This document shows, in pieces, positions 33,300 to 41,397 of a stretch of 41,397 nucleotides of DNA. Under the pieces are notes generated by a model, which did not search any database, had not been told where the DNA came from, and worked only from the letters and a program-made list of their open reading frames with translations. This DNA is from Basidiobolus meristosporus CBS 931.73 (taxonomy: Eukaryota; Fungi; Basidiobolomycota), in the NCBI GenBank assembly GCA_002104905.1, contig MCFE01000734.1, forward strand, positions 1 to 41,397, given 5' to 3'. The number at the start of each line of letters is the position of its first letter. The stretch's first letter is position 1. A program made the translations under genes and the position numbers.

Positions 33300-35908
33300 T
33301 ACTTTATCTACCTCCCCTTGTGCAGTTCATATATTCCAATATAGAATCACCTCTCTTAATTTGCTTAACCATCTCTACCTTGGGTATTTCATATATAGTT
33401 TGAATCAAAAAAAAACTATGGTCTCCCGCTTATTACCCTCTACAAACATGCACGCCTGCTGCAATTGGCATACTTGTAGCACCTCAACTTTACAGCTTTG
33501 TAGTGTAATACTTACAAAGTTGCCATTTACCTTGTATTGCTGGTAACATATAGATCTTGCAAGCATATGCTTTGTTGCCACCACTTCTGCCATGAATCCC
33601 TTCTGAATATCTGCAAAGAACTTTTTGATATTTAGCTAGTATATTCCTTCTCACTGTTGGATTCTAGTCCCCCTTATAGGTGCACCCTGGCTCTTGTTTG
33701 TGTGAATTCTGTATTGAATGGTGTAAAAATTGGCTTGTGACCTTGAGAAATCTTCCTAACAAGAATTAGCTGCTTGTTGCACCCAACCCAACTTTGCATT
33801 ACTTAGCTGATTACTCACACATTGAGGCTGCTTAGCTTCTTAATGCCATAGGCATAGGTATCTCCATATGCACATCTGTCCTCAGTTTTTCCAATGCTTT
33901 CCGGCAGTCCTCCATGTGCCAACTCTTGACATCCATGACAGACTTGAAGGCAATATTCCTGATGAGATTGGGTTATGGTAGTACCTGCAACTTGACTTCT
34001 ATTCCTATCTCCCCACACATCTGCTCCATAGGAAACTCCAAAAAGGTGAATCATGGCCTAAGATTCTCAACACACCAAGCAAGTAGGAGTAGAGAATGGA
34101 TAGAGTAGCAGCATAGATGTACATATTCAGCTTTATGTTTTTAGTATAGCCACTCAAATCCAGTCACAAACTCCTTGCACAAAAGCTGTAGATGCATCAA
34201 GTTGGCATTAGGGATCCTGTTCCAGATAAATATTCCTACAACGTCACATATGTCTCCCAATTCTTCCAATGTAATCTTGGTAGAAATGGCTTCAGAAGAC
34301 CACTTGAATAAATACATATCCAGTTCATCCAGTCATTGCACTTGTATTGTTACTTATGCATATGAGTGTTGATTGGAGCCTGTGAGAGTTACTTAGGGTA
34401 GCAGATACTCTGTAATATCTTGCCAATTCTTTCAAATTTCTCTGGTATCTCAAAGGGCTGATTTGGCTTGAAATACCCCATGTATAACTTGTTCAACAGT
34501 ATAGAAATATTGTTGAAAAGCAGATGCATTGCTCCCAGTAGAAAGCTTTTGCTCCAACAAATACCCTCTATCTTCAATATCTCTGGTTTCCAGTTAGTTC
34601 CATATACCAACTTATGGCTAATAGCTGGCCACTTTGGTGCAATTGCATGCTGACTTCTGTATGTTCTCTCTGCCAAAAGATGAGGTTCTTAGTGTTAGTG
34701 TTTGGGTAATTATAGTATGTGTGAGTTATGGAGTAAATCCTATGGATCTCATACATTAGACATCAATACCATCCATTGTGCCTAGAAAAGCCGGCTATCT
34801 TGATGATGGCTGGGGTATCTCCAATGCAGATGATAATATACACTTTGACATGATGGCCATTTACTGTTATCCTGCTGGAAAACAATCAAAATTCATCCAG
34901 CAATAGATACACATAGAAATTCAGGTTGGGCAGTGATTTAGGCCCACATACCAGTGAGACTACCATCAGATTTTGGCTCTGATACTGTATGATAGGTAGC
35001 AGATTCAGATTGATAAGAATCAGTGGCTGGCAGGATTTGCTACCAGCAAGTGCCAAGGAAAAAGCATGGTCAAACATACCTTCAAAGTAGCTCTTGCTTC
35101 TTAGCTGCTTGAAATGTATGCCATCAATTGGACCCTATGAGAAATCTCAAACTTGGAATTCATCTGAACTTCAACTGGTGGTCTGTTGGTACTCTAATGG
35201 TTATTTGCAAGTATTCAGCTGGTGTTTTTAGTTCAAAATTTCAAATGCAATTCTTGATGAAAGTATTGGGCAGCTAATTACTAAGTTTGTTATGGATGCT
35301 AGTGGGCCTAGTCTCCTACTGGAGAATATAATTGCTTGCCTGCCCATCAGCTAACAATGGAGATATTGACAGTTGTCAATTTTGAGAAACTTGGAATTCA
35401 GTTGTCATCATGATGGTATTTTGCTGGCCTTTTCTTGATTTTTTTACTTAGGGATATAGATATGACTGCCCTTGATTGATACTAAGTGTGGTATGTTAAA
35501 GCTTCACAATATATTGGACTGCATGAGCTTCTTTAGACATGGTATTACCATCATATATCAAGAGTGTGAGGAATGTTTTCCCCAAATGATGGCTGATTCC
35601 TGACAGGTTGGGCACCTTGCAATGGTGCCATTTTCTGATGTGAATGTCATGCAACTGCTAACACATGCTGGCATCAGGACAGTCCCTTGGTCATATGTTG
35701 CCAACCACATGATGGTTGTCCATTTATACAATGTACATGGTAAGTTGCATTCCGGGATGATTTTGGCAAGAAGTTGTAGTAGATCCTCAAAGCCCCCATT
35801 ACTGCTATTAGTGGAAATGCACCACCTCCTTAGCCACTACATCATATCATTCACCAGTGGATGGATTACTGGGCTCACTTGATTCCATAGAGTATCCATG
35901 GTAGTTTT
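33300..35908 (-). pseudogene. Decayed CACTA/EnSpm-type (Transposase_21/Tnp2-like) DDE transposase
   Basis: Conceptual translation across stops and frameshifts gives family motifs in the expected order: C..F...RCPTCQE; IDG.HFKQL; PLILINLNLLP..QYQSQNLMV...GPK; GDTPAI.K.AGFS.HNG; KSFLL.AMHLLFNN..ERIGKIL; YKCNDWMNW...YS; F..GFE.LY...CYSIHSLL.LA.CVENL.P...EFPMEQMCG...VK.QVLP..NL..NI. The left boundary is approximate. Confidence 0.72.
35133..35453. mobile_element. ~320-bp CCCTA...TAGGG-bounded insert inside the CACTA transposase, related to the 31582-31957 element
   Basis: Its first ~120 bp align with the arms of the 31.6-kb element, with a further partial copy at ~35385-35430. Removing it rejoins the transposase to read ...HIYI-PIDGIHFKQL. 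Confidence 0.5.
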
Positions 35909-36257
35909 TGTTGTAAGAGTCTTGGAGATATTGGAGGTGATTAGGAGGACAAGTAGATTATGTGGTTTTCACTTAATGATTTATTGAATGTAAAAGTAGT
36001 ATTTATACTTTTACCTGGTCTTGGCATTAAAAACACAACAAATAGACTAAGGAAGGTCCCAAGAGCATGTGTGCAAAGTTTGGGGCTGTTTGGTCAACTT
36101 TGAGAATTTTCATGTTCTGGGTACCTGGTATTTTGGTGAAAATATTCTAAGTAAATCCTACAAGGAGTTTTGGTCAGTATTCTCTAGGATTTGAAGGTGA
36201 TGATCTAAGTGACTAAGTTAGGTGAATATTTAGGTGGAAATACAAATTTTTACAACA
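35909..36257 (-). repeat. 349-bp LTR (3' LTR of copy A)
   Basis: TGTTGTAA...TTACAACA terminal inverted repeat; ~94% identical (about 21 differences by eye) to 40225-40574. Confidence 0.95.
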
Positions 36258-36268
36258 CTCCCACTCAG
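36258..36268 (-). other. Polypurine tract of copy A
   Basis: Minus strand CTGAGTGGGAG between the pol stop and the LTR TG; the same tract occurs at 40575-40585 for copy B. Confidence 0.75.
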
Positions 36269-39200
36269 CTAAATGCTCATACTGACTAGTCCTAATTTTG
36301 ACCTAAGATATTCAAACTTGTCTCTAGCTAATGGTTTGATAAATATGTCTGTAATCATTTCATCTGTAGGACAGTAAACTAAGCTAACTAAGTTATTCTC
36401 TATAGCTTCATGTATGAGATGATGTCTAATATCTATGTGCTTGGTTCTAGCATGAAAAGTTGGATTTCTACCTAATTGTATACATCCTTGATTATCTTGA
36501 AATAAAGTATTAGGCGTTTTTTGACATAGGCCTAAATCTGTAAAAGGTTTTCTTAACCACATTGCTTCTTTTGTAGCTTCACAGGCTACCATATACTCTG
36601 CCTCTGTGGTGGATCTTCTGTCTTCTAAATTTCATTCCCAATCAGCATCATAGTATCCCACAAGATCCTGTTCTGAATCCTTATAAGTGTATCTTGAGCA
36701 GATATCAGCAGTTCCTTTTAGGTATCTAAAAATCTGCTTAACTGCTGCAATATGATCAGATCCATAGTTCTGATTATGTTGGCTGATAACTCCCACTGAA
36801 TATGAGATATCTGAACGTGTTCCAAGCATGATATACATCAGACTGCCAACCATAGATTGATAAGGAAAGTCAGGGCTTTCAGATGGCACCAAGCTCTCTT
36901 GACTTGGTTGAGTTTTGACTAAGTTAAGGTTTGTCTTCATTGGGGTAGCTGCTGGTTTACAGTCTTCCATTTTGTACTTCTTTAGTAAATCTTGAATATA
37001 CTTGGATTGGCTTAGGGTAATAGTCTGGGTACTTCAGTCTATGGAGAACTTAATCCCTAAGTAGTAACTAAGTTCTCCTAGATTGGACATCTTGAACTCC
37101 TTAGATAGGCTGGATTTAGTCTCTTCCAATGTTTCTAGATTATTGGTGGCTATAATAAGATCATCCACATATAGAGCTAGTAGAACTGGATTTGCTCTAT
37201 CTGGCTTATAGTACATACTATAGTCAGCATTACTCCTTTTAAAACTCAAAGACTCTAAATAAGAATCTATCTTGCAATTCCAGGCTCTTGGTGATTGTTT
37301 GAGACCATATAGTGACTTTTTAAGCTTGCAGACCAAATGGGGGTTATCTTGGTCAGCAACCCATCAGGCTGGTCCATATACATGTCCCCATCAAGTTCTC
37401 CATTCAAAAATGCAGCTTTTACATCCATTTGATGAATAAAAAACTTATTTATTGCTGCAATAGCCAATATTAATCTGATGGAATTATACTTGATCACTGG
37501 TTCAAAGGTCTCAGTATAGTCAAGTCCTTTTGTTTGAGAGTATCCTTTGGCTACAAGTCTTGCTTTGTATCTTTCAATTGTACCATCAGCCTTGTATTTT
37601 GTCTTGAAGACCCATCTGCATCCAATTGATTTTTGGTTGCTTGGTAATTTGACCAAGTCCCAAGTTTGATTTTTCATCAGGGCCTGATATTTGTCAGTCA
37701 TTGCAGATCTCCAAAACTTTGTCTGAGGGCTATTTAGAGCCTCTTTTACAGTCTGGGGTTCATCAATATGGACTGAATAGGCATAGGCTAAGTTTGTACC
37801 CTCATTGATATAGTAATTTGGGCTATTTCTTGTCCAATTGGATCTCCAGGCATTAAATACTGGAATGATCACTTCTGGGATATTCCTGGGCACTGATTTT
37901 GGCTGAACATGATTGTAGAGTCCTCTGGAGTGAAAAAATTTTCATTGTTTTGCTCTGATTCAATCCTGACAATTGATGGACTTGAGAACAAATTTTTGTC
38001 ATCATCTGATGTCATTTTTGTAAAAATTTTGAATATTCATCAAACAACACATCCCTAGACCTGACCAGCTACTTTGCTTTGGTATTGTAGAGTCTGTATG
38101 CCTTACTCTCATTGCAGTAGCCCAAAAATATGCATTTTACACTTTTTGGCTCAAATTTTGACTGATTTCCGGCCAGTTTTTTGGCATATGCTGTACACCC
38201 AAATATTCTTAGATGCTCTGCACTTAGTCTGTATCCATACCATGCTTCAAATGGAGTTGAATCACAAAGTAATCTGTTATAACTCCTATTTTTAAGATAT
38301 ACAGCAGTGGCAACTGATTCCGTCCAAAAATCATAGGATAACTTTTGATCATGGATCATAGATCTTGCCATATCAATTATTGATCTGTTGGCATGTTCTG
38401 CTACTCCATCTTGCTGTGGGGAGTATGGTACAGTAGTCTCTTACTTAATCCCAAGAATTTTGCAGAAGTGGATGAAGAGTTTTGAGGTATATTCTCTACC
38501 ATTGTCAGAGCGTATTTTCTTGATTTTTTCATCAGTTTCTCTCTCCACCATAACTTTAAACTCCCTGAACTTAGACAGAGCCTCTTCCTTTCTCTCCATG
38601 AAGTAGACCCATGTATATCTTGTATAATCATCAATAAAAGTGATTAAATACTTCATCCCACCTAAGGATATAGTTTGCATAGGTCCACAAAGATCTGAGA
38701 GAATTAGATCTTATTTTTTCTTAGTTTTGATGAATCCAGAGCTCTTGAATGGTTGTCTGGCTTGTTTCCCATATATGCAGGCCTCACAGTGCTCCAAATT
38801 AGCTGGGGGATCAATTTTCACTCCAGAAATTAGCTGATCTTTGTTCATTTTGCGCAAATAATCAAAATTGATGTGCCCAAATCTCCTGTGCCAAAGCATT
38901 GGTGTTTCTTCACTTAAGTTACTTATATTGGCTTCCAAATATGATGGAATATAAGTCAACTTGTATAGATTCTGATCTCTGATGCCCAAAGCAACATGGG
39001 CTCCATTTTGATCAGTGATCCTACATCCAGAATTGTCAAAACTGAAACTGAGTCCTTCTGCTGTGGCCTTGCTTACAGAGAGTAGGTTCTTAGCTATTTC
39101 TAGTTCATAGAGTACTTCTTTAAAGGTCAGTGTATGGCTTCCTTCACTGCTTCTAAGGTTTACTTGGATAGTTCCTTCTCCCACTGCATCAAGTGTTCTA

Positions 39201-40132
39201 TTGTCACCCATGAAAACCTTCTTAATTGGAATTTCTTGATATTGGGTAAAAAGGTCTTTTTGGTGTGTAATGTGTTGAGAAGCTCCAGAGTCAGTATACT
39301 ACATCTGAGAATCCTTTTTTGTGGTCATATTTAGTGCAGATATGAATAGTCTATCTTCAGTTGTTGCAGCATTTCCATATTCAGGCTTCTTTTGCTGATA
39401 ATCTCTCTTTTTGAGACACTGGTCTGATGTGTGTCCTTTCCTTTTGAAGTAGTTGCAAAACAGGTTGCTGTTGCCTTTGTAAGGTCTTGGGTACCTCCTT
39501 TGTTGGTGATCATTGCTTGTTAAAGCATTATCTTCTTCCTTCTTATTGGCGCTTGATTTTCTTAATTCTTTATCCAGGAGCCTTCCATATACGTAATTTA
39601 AAGTCAAATCTTCAGTTCTGGACTCTAGGGCTGATACAAGGCCCTGAAACTTGTCTGTCAGGCTATTCAGGATGGTAACTATCACATCCTAATCAGCAGT
39701 TGGCACGCCCACAGATTCCATCTCATCTACTAGCAGGGTAATTCTGTTAATTAGATTTTTCATCTCTTCTCCTGGCAGCATCTTTGTAGTAAAGAATTTT
39801 TGTCTCCAATAAATTTTCTTGGCAGCTGAACATGACTGGTAGGTGTCTTCTAATGCTTTCCAGGCATTCTTTGCTGTTTTTGCTCTTGAGCATTGAATTA
39901 GCAATTTGTCCTTGACATTAAGGCAAATGCAGTTAAAGGCACTTTGCTCTTTCTTCTGGTACTTTAAGGCTTCCTCTCCCACATTTTTAGGAGGGTATTC
40001 TTCTCCCATGACAATATCCCAAAGGCCTCTTTCTTGTAGCAGCATCTTCATCTTCACCTTCCACACTTGGTAGTTAGATCCATCCAACTTTTCAGCAGCG
40101 GGAAAAATTCCAGTAATAGCAGTAGTAGACAT
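36269..40132 (-). pseudogene. Disrupted copia gag-pol polyprotein
   Basis: gag (KLDGSNYQVWKVKMKMLL), degenerate zinc knuckle CNYFKRKGHTSDQC, protease *YTDSGASQH, GAG-pre-integrase LWHRRFGH...CEACIYGKQ, integrase SDLCGPM/FIDDYTRY/IRSDNGREY, RT YKARLVAKG/LKKSLYGLKQ/LYVDDL, RNase H RTKHIDIRHH. Multiple stops, frameshifts and a 78-bp deletion. Confidence 0.93.
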
Positions 40133-40151
40133 TGCAGAGAGTGACAGCTTG

Positions 40152-40163
40152 GGGCTCATAACC
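40152..40163 (-). other. Primer-binding site complementary to the anticodon stem-loop of initiator tRNA-Met
   Basis: GGTTATGAGCCC immediately after the LTR-terminal CA; complementary to GGGCUCAUAACC of fungal tRNAiMet. Confidence 0.85.
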
Positions 40164-40224
40164 TGTTGTAAGAGTCTTGGAGACATTGGAAGTGATTAGG
40201 AGGACAAGTAGATTATGTGGTTTT

Positions 40225-41397
40225 TGTTGTAAGAGTCTTGGAGATATTGGAAGTGATTTGGAGAACAAGTAGATTAGGTGGTTTTCACTTAATGATTTAT
40301 TGAATGTAAAAGTAGTATTTATACTTTTACATGGTCTTGGCATTACAAACACGTAGAATAGGTTAAGGAAGGTCCCAAGAACATGTGTGCAAGGTTTGGG
40401 GCTGTTTGGACAACTTTGAGAATTTTCATGTTCTGGGTACCTGGTATTTTGGTGAAAATATTCTAAGTAAATCCCGACAAGGAATTTGGTCAGTATTCTC
40501 TAGGATTTGAAGGTGATGATCTAAGTGACTAAGTTAGGTGAATATTTAGGTGGAAAATACGAATTTTTACAACACTCCCACTCAGCTAAATGTTCATACT
40601 GACTAGTCCTAATTTTGACCTAAAATATTCAAACTTGTCTCTAGCTAATGGTTTGGTAAATATGTCTGCAATCATTTCATCTGTAGGACAGTAAACTAAG
40701 CTAACTAAGTTATTCTCTATAGCTTCATGTATGAGATGATGTCTAATATCTATGTGCTTGGTTCTAGCATGAAAAGTTGGATTTCTACCTAATTGTATAC
40801 ATCCTTGATTATCTTGAAATAAAGTAATAGGCGTTTTTTGACATAGGCCTAAATCTGTAAAGAGCTTTCTTAACCACATTGCTTCTTTTGTAGCTTCACA
40901 GGCTGCCATATACTCTTCCTCTGTAGTAGAAAGTGCTACGGTTGGTTGCTTTCTTGAATTCCATGAAATGGCTCCTTTACAGTAAAGAAAGGTGTATCCT
41001 GTGGTGGATCTTCTGTCTTCTAAATTTGTCGACCCCAATCAGCATCAGAGTATCCCACAAGATCCTGTTCTGAATCCTTATAAGTGTATCTTAAGCAGAT
41101 ATCAGCAGTTCCTTTTAGGTATCTAAAAAATCCGCTTAACTGCTGCAATATGATCAGATCCATAATTCTGATTATGTTGACTGACAAACTCCCACTGAAT
41201 ATATGAGATATCTGGACGTGTTCCAAGCATGATATACATCAGACTGCCGACCATAGATTGATAAGGAAAGTCAGGGCTTTCAGATGGCACCAAGCTCTCT
41301 TGATTTGGTTGAGTTTTGACCAAGTTAAGGTTTGTCTCCATTGGGGTAGCTGCCGGTTTACAGTCTTCCATTTTGGTACTTCTTTAGTATATCTTGA
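40225..41397 (-). mobile_element. Ty1/copia copy B (3' LTR 40225-40574, PPT, RNase H and RT C-terminus; runs off window)
   Basis: Complete 350-bp LTR with TGTTGTAA/TTACAACA ends. 40586-41397 parallels 36269-~37020 of copy A, with frameshifts near 41030 and 41195. Confidence 0.93.

Larger units (their letters stand above)
35909..40224 (-). mobile_element. Ty1/copia LTR retrotransposon, copy A (5' LTR interrupted by copy B)
   Basis: 3' LTR 35909-36257, PPT, gag-PR-IN-RT-RH domain order, PBS, and a 61-bp 5' LTR remnant at 40164-40224. Confidence 0.93.

Noticed and set aside
33800-34110. Initial impression of a LINE reverse transcriptase (SYGADVWG)
   Set aside because: The alternative frame gives a continuous CACTA transposase motif (EFPMEQMCG) consistent with the upstream motifs.

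Overview
Eukaryotic (fungal) genomic DNA. Short GT-AG introns with CTAAC-type branch points, a fungal-type tRNAiMet primer site, a Pex8-like gene and a true sterol Delta7-reductase together point to an early-diverging, non-Dikarya fungus (inference). 1-15 kb is gene-dense: PCF11 (5' partial), a possible small spliced antisense gene, a tandem pair of LEA/apolipoprotein-like + TMEM14 genes, a NIT2-type omega-amidase, an intronless ~18-repeat PPR protein, and a ~1000-aa Pex8-like gene. 15-30.6 kb holds only a two-finger C2H2 transcription factor, whose leader has an ATF4/GCN4-like uORF layout, and a divergent DHCR7, amid long non-coding tracts. From ~30.7 kb to the end is a CpG-depleted transposon nest: a foldback MITE-like element, a decayed CACTA/EnSpm transposase interrupted by a related ~320-bp insert, a Ty1/copia element inserted into that transposase, and a second copy of the same copia family inserted into the first copy's 5' LTR. 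All exon structures, alignments and counts were done by eye; family assignments come from recognised motifs, not database searches.
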